Source: Amphiscolops sp. MND2022 | Lineage: Eukaryota | DNA: 64,000 bases | Direction: 5' to 3' | Assembly (NCBI GenBank): GCA_964187785.1 | Contig: OZ076415.1 | Span: forward strand, 40,424,001-40,488,000 | In this document: piece by piece, positions 51,288-63,294 of the stretch | How the letters are laid out: each line of letters opens with the position of its first letter | Numbering within the stretch: the stretch's first letter is position 1 | Notes under the pieces: model-generated | The model's database searches: none | Told to the model about the DNA's origin: nothing | What the model saw: only the letters and a program-made list of their open reading frames with translations | Position numbers and translations under genes: made by a program

Positions 51288-51940
51288 TTGTTTAGGTAAC
51301 TCAAATAGAAAGTTCCATTACTAATAATGAACAAAAAAAAACTTTCTTCCGCGTCTGGTAGTTTCTTGTACAAATAAGGAGTCAGCTCTCCGACGGATGA
51401 CTGAATGTTTTCAAAAAAGTCGTCTTTTTTCGAAACCGAATTGTTGAATTGTTTGAAACGCGTTTCGCTTCTGAACTTAATTTTGTCTCCGGTTACCGGA
51501 AAAAACGTGGCACAGCGGCAATCAAATGATCGTTTTTGTAACTCCACCAAGGACGTCCCAATCAAAATTTTCGCAGTCAAATTTTTCAGACCATTTGAGT
51601 TCGAGACAAACAATTTGAGTTCTCGAAAATACCTTCGGACAGGCTTACAAATTGGTAGAACCAGAGAATTATTGGTCAACAGGACCCGGTTTTCACGTGC
51701 TGCCGCGAACAAGTTGTAGTCACGGACAACAAATTGCCGCTGTGTCACGTTGAACCTTTTCCGTTTAGAGTGAGCAAACTTAGTCCTTTTAAATTACGTT
51801 CGTGGAGGGATACAGATGAGCACTTCCCATCACAACGCAATTTATATCTGAAACATTGGGAAACATTAAGACGCGAGTTTCAGGCGTTTCGCGCAAAAAG
51901 CACCATTTTAGATCATACTGGGAAAAATTAGCGTACACAT

Positions 51941-52034
51941 CCGGACGAAAAAACCTTTTAATTCTATCGTTCATTCATTACTAACACGTGTTAGTAATGA
52001 ATGAACAATAGAATTAAAAGATTTTTTCGTCCGG
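51941..52034. repeat. 94-bp spacerless palindrome
   Basis: 47-bp arms with 45/47 complementary positions, centred on CAC|GTG. Confidence 0.95.
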
Positions 52035-52629
52035 TTGTGAAATATCATTTTCCGGCCTTTCTCAGATTTTTTCCATCCTTTTTCACAATTTCCGCACTTC
52101 GTTGTGGTTTTCTTCTGAGAGACTTGCTTCAACATTATAGGCATCGAATTATAGGCCGAGATCACCCAAACCGCTCGATCTTCTTATCTCTGTTATATCC
52201 CAGAAGAAAATTGAAGAAAAAACTGGATTATGTTGGATTATTACAGAACTGAAATTATCACGGTGCCAATAATGTGTCTTGTTTTCGAATGAGCGTTCTA
52301 AAAAAAACAATAGTTAAAAAAGCAAAAATTGCGTTTGTTTAGCTAATTCAAATTGATGAATTGATCTTTCACGGAAATATTGCTTCCTCAAAAACAATAC
52401 ACAAGAATAAATACTTTCGATTGAATTATCATCCCAGTTTTTCCAGTGCCAGGAACGTATGATGATTAAAGCTAATCTAGAGTCAAAAAACAGAGAAAGA
52501 ATGAAGAAGAAAATCATCGTAACAGTTAATTCTGTTAACGAAGGAGACGCTAAACGCTAAGCTCTAAATTATGAAAATTTAAAGTACTTTTCTTCTGAGT
52601 TCCTTTTTTTGGAATTTTTCGTTCTCAAT

Positions 52630-53998
52630 TTACTGGGGCTTCGACATTTGGTTTTTGTGAATTTCTTTGTCATCGGGAAGTTTGTCACATTCAGGTGCAT
52701 CGATATCCCAGAGTTTTTGAATGCAGAGAACACAGGATTGACAGAGCTCCTTATAACATACAGAACAATACACGATGCTCACGGTAGATTTCACTCCATT
52801 CTGAAAATGGTTTTCACAGTTCCTCGTGACATGTCGACCCCAAGTTGTTTGTCGGCATACAAAGCAATACCCTCGAAACTTCAAAACCAGAGGCGCCATC
52901 TTGCGGCCTAAGTTGACTTCTGAGTAAATACTTTCTCGGTAATTCTCCTTCAAGCTTCTGAGAATACTCTTTGACATTATGTAATTTTTGTTTTCTATTT
53001 CATGAGTGATTTGATTGGTTAACCAAGTAAGACGGGCTGATTCTGTGCCTTCGAAGAACATACAGCAGATTATATGACGTAATCTCAAAACCCATGTCTG
53101 TGTGAACACTGTTACGTAATACAGGACAAAGAGGAGCAAAATTGCGCAGTAAATTATATAAAAATTGTCAGGCCTAGCGGGATTAGGCAAACATTTCTCG
53201 TTATCAACTAAGAGATCAAGGTTATTCGCTGAATGGTAAGATCCCACAAAATATTCAATGATGTCTCTCATGAAACCATCACCCGTGACTTCGAGTTCTA
53301 TTTCACTGCCACCTGTGTAATTAACTTCAACTTTGCCATAATCTTTTATAACTTCCAGAGTATAATATAAAAACAAGTCGAAGAACACAATCGCCACAGC
53401 CGCTGTTGTATAGATGGCCGAAGTAGCCAAACTCATTATAATTCGTTTGTTTTCTTCGGCAGTTCGTTTCCATTGAGTCACCCTGACTAGTTTTCTGACC
53501 TGAGACGTTCTCAACACTTTGTTCTGAGCGCTCAATCGATCCACTAAACCTTTAGTCAGGTAATGGTTGTCGAATGACACATCTCTGATGAACTTTGTAA
53601 TGTAGAGATACGCCTTGAGAAAAATTGTCGTGAAAAACCAGGCCATAGCTGTGGACAAGATTTCAAAAGCTGTCGAAAGGTAGGGTCTGATTACTCTATA
53701 TTTTCTCAAAATTTCTTCTTGCATCGTTTTTGTATCTGTTTTGAGTTCTGCCGAAGAGTTAGATTTGAATCCATATTTAATATCGAACTCAAACTCCCGC
53801 ATCAGCTTTTCAGTGACAGTCCTGAGGAGCCCAAAAGCATCTTCGGCTACTTCAAGGGCCCCGGAAGCAGGATAACAGCCCGCTACGTTTAGAATATCTC
53901 GGATACCCTCACAGAAATTATCGCTTATCCCACAAGGGTCGTTTTTGGAGGAAGTCAGAACAGTGGATACGTTTGCAGTTAGATACTCGAAGGGGAAA
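52630..53998 (-). CDS. DCST1/DCST2: DCST-family terminal exon (DC-STAMP domain, TM segments, RING-like tail)
   Basis: ORF 52630-53802 extends in frame to the acceptor tttgtttcag at 53999. Confidence 0.88.
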
Positions 53999-56900
53999 CT
54001 GAAACAAAGATCAAACTATTCAAGTTTCCATCACATAACATTGCAAGGTTTTCGAAACTATGAGTCATCGACATAATTTGCTTTTAAAGGGTCCGAAATG
54101 TGAAGCACTTTTGAATAGCATAATCATAAAAAGACCATGAATCTTCTATAAAGCAATGACATGTGCCAGAGATGTCAATCAGTTTTTTGAATTTAGAAAT
54201 TCGATAAGAACAAGACGCCCGCTGAGCAGCGAGATATTTTCCGCCCCAAACTGTTCTACAATTACATAATATTGAGGCTCAAGAATAGCCAATGCACTAT
54301 AAAAACGGAAAGAAGTTCGAGAGAAGAAAGCTTTGATTCATCGAAGCCCAATCTAAAGAAAACTCTTAATTTATAATTTCTGCGATAGCTGGCCACTTTT
54401 CGTTTTTCGGCACTTATCGATGAAAGAGAAAATTTTCAATATATTTTTGATAATAATTTTCGATAAAAATTTTTTCGCAATTTCTAGTTTTTGAGGATTT
54501 CTGTAAACAAAAATAAGTTTCCCGAGTCTTGAGGGTGACCTCTTTGTTACTTTTCATCATATGCAACTGACGATGTTTCTTTTTGATTGTAGAAATTACC
54601 TATTTTCTGTTTTTTTTCGACTCTGTGCGTCTTTCCGAAACTTTCCTTCGGTCAAAGAGTAGCCCTTGCTTTCATAGCAGATTTCGGCTTAGGAAAAACA
54701 GTTTTGCGAACTGGAACTTGTTTCGCCATCAAAAGATTTTGCCGGTAAAAATCAACAAATTGGATTTTTTTAAAGTTCCTGTTGGGCATAAAGTAGTTCC
54801 CTAGACTCAGGCGTATTTTTGGAGGTAATTTTTGGCCCTGAGAAAATGGTAAAAGCTTGAAACTAGGTCCTTTGCAAACTTAGGAAAGTTGATCGATCCC
54901 AGTTTGTTATATTATTGCACATAGTTTTACCAGAAGTGTCAAAAATTGGAAATAGTTGTAACAACTTTTGGGTCAATCTGAGGAGCTTTTCTAACATGAA
55001 TCTTCAGATGTCTCTTCAAAATTAAGCCTACTGCACAAGGAGTTTAGCTGTTGTTGCATGTTTACACCATTCTAACCCACGAAATAGCTCAAAAAATTTT
55101 CCTTTGGATGGTGTACTCTATATCTAGTGATTTTGCTTGGAGGTTTTTGAATATTAAAAATTGGACAAATGAGGTCGAAAGTTACGTTTTCAAGTAAATT
55201 TTTGAAGTTGCGCAAATAAATTTTTCTATCTTTTCGAAACACGACCGGTTGCTAAACCTTTCAATCCTGAGCCTATGATAATTCTGAATGAAGTAAATTT
55301 TCTCTGAAAGGTTCCAAAAAAGGGACTAATTTGTCGAAAATAAAAATGTTCCGAAAACTTGACACCTTTTTTGTAAACTCGATGAGCTTCATCTCACTTT
55401 TTCCCCCAATTGCGTTTTGAATACCTTATTGTCTAAACGCTCAAGTCATTGGAAGTTTTATTCAAAAACTTTTGTGTTTTTTTGTTGTTTCATGGATTTT
55501 TGGGTGTTTTTGAAGCCAAATTCAACAAAAATACAGTTCTTTCTTCAAAGTTCCCTACTGGAGATACCCGTATTAGTGATTGTTGAGTCTTTAAAACCAT
55601 TTTATGCTAGGAAGTAGCTCTAAAATTGAACAAAAAAAATCCCTAAAGAAGTAAAAAACAATCGCTCAGTTTCCCCAACTTTGGTTAATATTGAATAAAA
55701 TTTCGACCATAAATACAGCGTTCTGAAATTTTTTTTGAAAAACGTGCTTCAGACCTGGTTTCATTAACTCGAGCTTTTCGAAGTTTATGTTTCACCCAAA
55801 TTTTCCAATCTCAAAAAAAGTTCACTGAAAATGTCAGAAATTGACAAAAATTTCCGAACTTTTGTCTTTTTGTGGTCAATTTTCAGCCATTTTCCGATCG
55901 AAGTCTGCAATTAATCCTTTAAAAGCTTAATGGATTTTGAGTTCAGTGTTTTTGAACGTTTGCTGACATTCTGACACTAAAACGATTGAAACAGTACACA
56001 AGCTGCATCAAACGAAGTTGTTGAAAATTTTTGGTTCGTTTGGAGTCATTCTGAAGTGTTTTTGAAGCAAAACACTGCAATGACCTCTTCGAAAAATGTA
56101 ATGCATTGCTCGATGCATTTTCCTTTTACAAATTAACTGATATCGTAACAAAAGCTCACCAAAATGTTAGGTTTGCCCATGCCTTAGGCGTTCTTACACT
56201 TAATTCCACGAAGTCTATTGGTATTTTGACAAAAATTGAACAAAAATAGTGAAAATTGGACAATTTTTCGAAATTTTGTATTTTTTTTTGGATTTAGACT
56301 CCGGCAAATTTTTGTTCGAAAAGCTACTTTTTATCTCTTTTCTAAGCTTACGGGACACCACATTTTTCGTTGTTGACCCTTTTCAACGTTCCAATTATTG
56401 AAGTCTGGAAAATTCTGAAAAAAAATGCATGAAATCTTCGAAAACTGGAAAACTTTGGGACTATTGTCATTTTTGGTGTAAATTTGAGACAATTTCAATC
56501 AGAACATTGCAGTAATCTCTTCATTAAAGAGTCTTGGGCGTACGAATTTTTCATTGTTGACCCCTTAAAACATTCCAATCCACGAAGACTATGGAAACTT
56601 TAACAAAAAACGCATAAAAACATAGAAAGTTGGAAAATTTTGGATTTTTGTCGTTTTCATTGTCAATTTGAGACCTTGTCACTCAAAAAACTTCAATAAA
56701 CTCTTCGCAAAAACCTACTGGGCGTTACATTTTTTTCTTGTTGACCCTTTTCTTTGTTCCAATCTACAAAGTTTGTCAAAAATTTGGAAAAAAAATGCCG
56801 AAAATCATTGAAAACTGGAAAATTTTGGGATTTTTGTTATTTTTGATGTCAATTTGAGACATTTTCTTTTACAAAAATTCAAAGAATTCTTCAAAAACTA

Positions 56901-59900
56901 CTACTCGAAAACCCATTTTTTTCGCAGTGACTCCCTTAAATATTCCAATTCACGAAGGTTGTCAAAAATTTGACAAAAAATGGGTAAAAACTTCGAAAAA
57001 AGGAAAAATTTGGGATTTTTGTCCTTTTCGGTGTCAATTTTAGATTTTTTTCTCATTTAGAAAACAGCAATTATCTCTTCGGAAAAACCTTTTCCGAAGA
57101 GATAATTGCTGTTTTCTAAATGAGAAAAAAACCTAAATTGACACCGAAGAGGACAAAAATCCCAAATTTTTCCTTTTTTCGAAGTGTTGAGCTTACTGGA
57201 CAACAAACTTGTGCCATGATGAGCATTTTCAACATTCTAATCCACGAAGTCAATCGAAGCAGTTTTCGAAGCTGAGCTTACTGGACAACAAACTAGTGCC
57301 ATGATGAGCATTTTCAACATTCTAATCCACGAAGTCATTCGAAAATTAGACAAAAAATGCATAAAATGTTAAAATTGTGGAAATTTTTGGTTTTTTGTCA
57401 TTTTTGGGTCTTTTTCTTTCCAAAAAAAGCATTTACCTCTTCTTAAACAACTACTGGACAACAACATCTCGTCTTGCTGAACCTTTTCAACATTTTAATC
57501 AACGATGTCTATCGAAAAATTGATAAAAACTGCATGAAAACTTGGAAAAAATGGAAAGTTTTGCATACTTTCTCATTTTTGGGGTCATTTTTGTGTCATT
57601 CTGGGGTCCTTGGGGTCCTTGTAGTCAACTAAAAAACTCAATGAAATCTTCGCAAATGCCAACTAGGCATTACATTCTGTCCTTGTTGACCCTTCTCATT
57701 GTTCCAATCTACAAAGTCTGTCAACAATTTGGAAAAAAATGCAAAAAATCTTTGAAAAATGGAAAATTTTGGGGTTTTTGTCGTTTTTAATGTCAATTTG
57801 AGACATTGTCACTCAGAAAACTTCAATAAACTCTTCGCAAAAACCTACTGGGCGTTACATTTTTTCCTAGTTGACCCTTTTCATTGTTCCAATCTACAAA
57901 GACCGTCAAAAATTTGGAAAAAATTGCAAAAAAACTTTGAAAAATGGAAAGTTTTGGGGTTTTTGTCGTTTTTGGTGTCAATTTGGGACATTTTCGGTTA
58001 GAAAACTTCAACGAACTAGTTAGCGTTTTAAACATTCTAATCGACGAAGTCTATCGAAAATTTGACAAAAATTGCATTAAAATGTTCAAATTGTGGAAAT
58101 TTTTGATTTTTGTAGTCTTTGGGACATTTTTTCAAAAAAAACGCATTTATCTCTTCATAAACAACTACTGGACAACAACTTCTAGTCTTGCTGAACCTTT
58201 TCGACATTTTAATCCACGAGATCCATCGAAAAATTGACAAAAATTGCAATAAAACCTGAAAAAAATGGAAAGTTTTGCAAATTTTCTCATTTTTGGGGTC
58301 ATTTTTGTGTCATTCTGGGGTCCTTGGGGTCTTTGGAGTCAACTCGAAGCTAAATTTATGTGAGTTGAAGTCTATGGGTAACACCCTTAAAGTTAAATAT
58401 AAATTTGGTGCTCGGCAAATTTTGTGAAAAAGAACCGTTTGATTTGAATATTTTCCTTCCCAAATGAAACATGGGCGGAAAATAACAAAAATATTCTTAT
58501 TATAGTCAAAATTATAAAATAAGAATTTAGTGAAATATTCGGAATAAGAAATCAATATTGTCTTCCTCTTTTGGATTTTTGGCCCTATGAGATTGAGAAC
58601 CTTTTGAAAAAAGATTCCTTGAAGCTTTGAAGTTCAATGGCAAAAATACTGCATTTAGCGGAAAAAAACAAAAAGAGCAAAAGTGAGCAGTCAGACCTTT
58701 GTGACTTTGAGCAAGACACTTTGAAACCATAGCTTGAAGCCCATCATTGCTTGGCCACTTGATTGGTACCATAGTTTGCTATGGGAAAATAGTATCCGAA
58801 AAGGTTCCGACTTAGAAAAGCAGAACTGCTTATTCGGCGTCCACTCCGCGAAATAGGAAAAATAAACTTACTTCTTTCTCGAAATACTTTTTTCAACAAA
58901 GTTCAAAAATCTCCATAAACACATTTGCTATGAAGAAACTTTTAGGCAGTGAAAACTGTTGTAAAACCTGAAAATTAGAACATGGTGAAATTTTGGGGAA
59001 AATTCTGTTGTGATTAGAGAATGGCGTGAAAGAGATGTGGCTCAGAATTTTGTTTTCCTTTCCCATATGAATTTCAGTTGATTTTTAAAATCTAAGGATT
59101 AAGAAAGAGCTAAGTTCAATATTGAACCTAAATGTTCTCAATTAAAACTGGAAAGGATGTTTTTTTTTGAAAGTTGCTGTTTTATTTCTGAAGTTTTAAA
59201 TGAAAAAGTAACCGGAAAATTGTTGATAGTAACACGGGAATTCGATTAGCCTTCAACTGAATTTTCTAAAATTAAAAAAAACTACTTACTCTACTATGTC
59301 ACCGGGTTCTTGATCATCACTGAAACAGAAACGCTTTTGGAAGCATTTTCACAAGAGGGGCAAATTAAAATGAGCAGGTTTTTGATTCAGTCAAAAAATT
59401 CTACAAATTGTGTGGCAGATTTTCAGAGAAAGTCTTTGAATTCAACCGAAATGATTTCAATTCATTGCAACAGACAAAAAGAATGAAAAGTAGTCTTACA
59501 AGTTGTCAGCATAGTCATTGTTGATCTTGTCAGCTGCAAACAAAAGAATACCAAAACATACAGATATTGTGTCCGATTTATCTTTTGGGCCAAATTCTAA
59601 GGGCTAAATTCATTATATTGGATACAGGGCCACACAAGGCCGTTCGTAATTTTTGGTTTAAAGTTTGTTTTGGAACTGTGGGACTTTTTTCAAAATTTCT
59701 TTACTTTGCCAAACTTCCCCCTTTTTCTGATGTATCCAGTCCGAGAAAATTTTTTATTAGCCCTAATGGAGCTTATTGGCATTGTGAGACTTTTTGAAAA
59801 CCACCCTTGAGGAAACTGAAAGACTTTGAGTATTCCAAGCCTGAAGCGATGCGCCGACTTTCAGTTGATCTCTGCTGATTTTGAGTGACAAAAGTGTTTT

Positions 59901-62900
59901 TTGTGTGTTTCATCATGGCCCCTAGGAACGTGCTTAATGTAATTTGAGTTATTCCATCTTCGAGTTATTTCAGTTCCTTTTCGAGTATTATAAGACTGAA
60001 CCCTCGATTTACACAGGACTTTTCGTATTCCACTCGGAAAGAGGAAATGATTCAATCTAAAATAATTTAAAAAGTTCCAACTATTGAAGTATCACCAATT
60101 TGAAACTTCCAGAGCTAGCAAATTACACTAAATACGGTCATGCAATCAACTTCGGAGACTTTTAGAATATCGATGAAGTTTCAGTTTTACGTACTGTTAT
60201 CGGTATGACCTCCATTGATGAGTGTGTCCAATGGATCGATCAGACCCTCTGCAACCCAACCGTAGACGTACCCACATACAGTCTCTAAATCTCCAAACAC
60301 CAGCTCACACTGCTTTTCAATCTCTTCTGCTTCTCCCGAACAGGCCTTTTAAAACAAGACACAAATTTTGAACTCAGTGAAATAGTATTGAAATAGTATA
60401 GTTGAAATGGGTGGCGGAAATTTCGTCGCCAGAAATTTCGTCGTCAGAAATTTCGTCGTAAGAAATTTCGTCGTATTAGCAAATCCAGAAATTTCGTCGT
60501 CAGAAAATTCGTCATCAGAAAATTCGTCGTCGGAAATTTCGTCGTATTGATTAGAATAACAGCATTCACCAAAAGATATCATTTGAATTATACAATTACT
60601 TAATTATTAAAATGAGATCTTGAGAACAAGTTTCATTTTGACACCAAAATTGAGTCAAAAAGTTAATTGCATTCAATCAACTCATCAAGACGCTTATTAA
60701 GCAATGGTATATTTTCAGTCCTACCGGTGGAACTACTTACCGGGGCTTTACAAAACAATTTAAGCTTATTCCACGGGTGAATTTTTGCTTTTTGTCAGAA
60801 AATTATCAAAAAATCCGTTGGTAATGGATATTTTTGCTTTAAGTGTCGAAACAACTTCGTGTTGGGGGGATAAGAAACAAGGTGTATATGGGGAGTTATT
60901 ATGTCCGAAACTTTTTCAAAACCATAACAAAAAGTAGTCAATGATAGTAATTATTGCACAATTATCGATAATTATTAAGACTCAATAATAAGACGATTCC
61001 TAATAGATTAAAGAAAATGCGACGTTTTATAGAACGTAATAACCGACGACGAAATTTCCGACAACGAAATTTCTGACGACGAAATTTCCGACGACGAAAT
61101 TTCCGACGACGAAATTTCCGACGACGAAATTTCTTGCGACGAAATTTCTGACGACGAAATTTCCGACGACGAAATTTCTGGTAATCGTTGAAATAGTACT
61201 GAAATGTTGTTTTTGATTTTTTTCTTTTTGCAGTTTTATTGATTCCTGCGTTGCCTTTTCTGATCAGCATTTAAAAATGGAGAAAATAAAAATGAGATTC
61301 AATGCTAGTTCAAAACTTTTGTTAGTTTATGAATTGATGGTCTATTCTTGGTTTTTGGTATCACTGGAGTTTTACCACTTAAATCTTTCAGTGCTCGAAT
61401 TGGAAAAAAATTTAAAAGAGACGTTGAATAAAAGCTTGATAATTTTGTCTTCATTTTTCACGCTACCATTATTCTGTCAATTTTGGGTTTCAGAAATGCA
61501 AAATTTACTTTCTGGAACTTCAACAGCTCTTCGCCTATGTCTTCAATCTTCTCTGCTACGTCTTTGAGACCTTTCATGACTTCATGGACGGGATCCTTGA
61601 ACAGGTTCTTCAGAGACTGTAGTTCCTTCATTTTATCCTGCATCTGCTCAGCGATGTGCTCGAATGGTGACATGTAACTTTCCATAATCACCAAACTTTC
61701 ATTGTACGCCAACTCAGACTGACACGTGATCGAAGTCGCCACCTAAAAAAGGGATTCCTCGCGACAGATGTTTGACGACACACAGAACTGGTTTTAACAG
61801 GTTGGTTCAATTCAATAGCTGTTAAATTTTTTAATCTTATTCTACCTGTATCTTGAAATTTTGGCAGATTCTGGCATTTACAGAACGTCATTACGCGAAA
61901 ACTACGGTTCCTCAAATTTATCTCTTTTCCAAGACATTGATTCAAAATTATTACATTTTCTCATGCAATATACCGTTATAATGCAGAACTTATCGATGCA
62001 AAAAGGTGCAGATAACCTCTTCCATATTTACAAGAATAGACTGTACGGGCCCTTTGAAGAGGAGAGCGAATGCCAGAGACATGATGACAGTTTGTCCTCG
62101 TTTGGCAAATAAGGTTGGCACCATTAGAGTGAATACAGCTCTAAGTTTCCTTAAAAGTCAGGAGAGATGTCAAAAAAAAACGTGATAAAAGCCTCAAAAT
62201 TTTTTTTACAGTTTTTCGGGAAAATGAGGTCGAAATTTATCAGAAACAATGTGAAAACCCATTACAATCGTATCCATCGTAGAAGCCATGCTAAGGATCG
62301 TGATATGGGGGGTCAACCCGGTAACAAACAAAATTTTGATAAGCAAATCATTGGTTTTTAAACAACCAATAAACGTCACGCTAGAGCTGTTCGCGATGTA
62401 AAAGCGATGGAATGTGCAAATACCGGTATGAGACTGCGTAATTTACTCATTAACACAGGGTGACTATTCGACGAACATTTCTGCTTTTTTTGTCTTCTGT
62501 AGATGTTTATAAGTTTTGAATAGTTTGGTGTTTCATTACATACAAATTTTATATCTGTATCTGTAAAACACTCCGCATCGTTTATCATGATATCTGAATA
62601 AATCAACTTCAACTTCCATTTAACATACCGCATCTTTCATTATCAAAAAAGTAGTTAATTTTTTAATTCAATTTTTTGCATCATTGTTTTGACATTGCAC
62701 TATTATATCTTGCTGGTTTTTCTACACTATATGCGTCAAGTGTCTTTTTCTTTCATTGTTCAGACAAAATTATCTTCACATTCTTATACAAGTTTGTGAC
62801 ATCCCTGGACATCAGCAGTAATCCAAATGAGAGAAAAACGAAAGCAGAACTGTTGTATGCCATATCAGACATGTTGCTTTCTCCTGACAGGATCATGGAT

Positions 62901-63001
62901 GCAAACATGATGGCTCCAGTCAAAAGGGCCATGATTAAAGCGAATAGAACTTTGAAGCACATGTGTTGATTCCTCTGCGAGCTAGACAACTGCCGGGCCA
63001 T
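52630..63001 (-). CDS. DCST1/DCST2: DC-STAMP domain-containing protein of the DCST1/DCST2/Sneaky/SPE-42 family, spliced: join 62790-63001, 62017-62140, 61509-61742, 60191-60345, 52630-53998; about 697 aa
   Basis: Two N-terminal TM segments; AVFTLMVPTLFAKRGQT...KGPVQSILVNMEEVATSITCQSELAYN matches the family motif PxxxxKxGR...GP..N...C..EL..N; Cys-rich ectodomain; DC-STAMP motif KFIRDVSFDNHYLT; last TM followed by a C-terminal Cys-rich RING-like cluster (CFVC...C...YCSVC...CQSCVLC). Phases 2,0,0,2 join in frame. The first donor (TT|GTATAA) is weak. Confidence 0.85.
54214..58482 (-). mobile_element. Large non-coding Helentron-like element, copy C, in DCST intron 4
   Basis: Hairpin CGCTG-AG-CAGCG (54220-54231), subTIR TTTTCCGCCC (54237-54246) and GGGCGGAAAA (58473-58482); absent from the paralogous site at 47085. 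Confidence 0.85.
56990..57185. repeat. 196-bp fold-back palindrome inside element copy C
   Basis: Arms of about 97 bp, near perfect, with 3-nt loop ACC at 57087-57089. Confidence 0.92.
59600..59880 (+). mobile_element. Degenerate opposite-orientation copy of the small Helentron-like family
   Basis: TTGGCATTGTGAGACTT (reverse of the family core) and GCGCCGACT at 59851-59859. Confidence 0.45.
60191..60345 (-). CDS. DCST1/DCST2: DCST-family exon (ACSGEAEEIEKQCELVFGDLETVCGYVYGWVAEGLIDPLDTLINGGHTDNS); not in the ORF track
   Basis: ttgttttaaaag acceptor, AC|GTAAAA donor, three spaced cysteines, phase 0 in and phase 2 out. Confidence 0.7.
60410..60545 (+). repeat. 15-bp minisatellite (AGAAATTTCGTCGTC)n
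   Basis: About 8 units, one short interruption. Confidence 0.9.
61045..61180 (-). repeat. 15-bp minisatellite (GACGACGAAATTTCC)n, inverted relative to 60410-60545
   Basis: About 9 units; the same family with matching flank occurs at 41990-42200. Confidence 0.9.
61509..61742 (-). CDS. DCST1/DCST2: DCST-family exon (VATSITCQSELAYN plus helical ectodomain)
   Basis: ctttttttag-type acceptor at 61743, AAA|GTAAAT donor, 234 nt, phase 0/0. Confidence 0.8.
62017..62140 (-). CDS. DCST1/DCST2: DCST-family exon (AVFTLMVPTLFAKRGQTVIMSLAFALLFKGPVQSILVNMEE); not in the ORF track
   Basis: cttag acceptor, GAG|GTTATC donor, conserved P..F.K.G and GP..N motifs. Confidence 0.8.
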
Positions 63002-63004
63002 TTC
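62790..63004 (-). CDS. DCST1/DCST2: DCST-family exon with TM1 and TM2 (first visible coding exon; ATG at 63001)
   Basis: ORF 62753-63019 has two hydrophobic segments; tttcag acceptor at 63005; donor position uncertain. Confidence 0.65.
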
Positions 63005-63294
63005 CTGAAATCCAGTCAATCAAAGTTATGTATTTTCCAGTTCCATGTTTTTAGTCGGCGCATTTTGTACGAAAAAGTGCCCAACTTTTCTAGCGACACG
63101 TTTGTTCTCTTCAGTTTACAGACATCACACGCATGATTATCTTTTGCAAATTTCCGTTGAAATAAAAACTCCTGTAGTTCAGCGACAAAAAAGAGCTGCT
63201 AATTATACATCTTATTGGTGAAATCGGCAATTTTTGTACTTTTAGGGATGTAACGAACAGTTACGAACTCATACGAACAGTTCTAAGACAACAA

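Noticed and set aside
51164-51748. 194-aa minus-strand ORF
   Set aside because: No recognisable domain, non-ATG start, and its 3' part lies in the terminus of repeat copy B.
60410-61180. CRISPR-like array
   Set aside because: Contiguous 15-bp tandem units with no unique spacers and no cas genes, in eukaryotic intronic DNA. The RRRKF-repeat ORF 60962-61270 is a by-product of the array.
62376-62633. Alternative DCST exon 2 (KCSSNSHPVLMSKLRS)
   Set aside because: The exon at 62017-62140 matches the family motif much better and gives correct phases.
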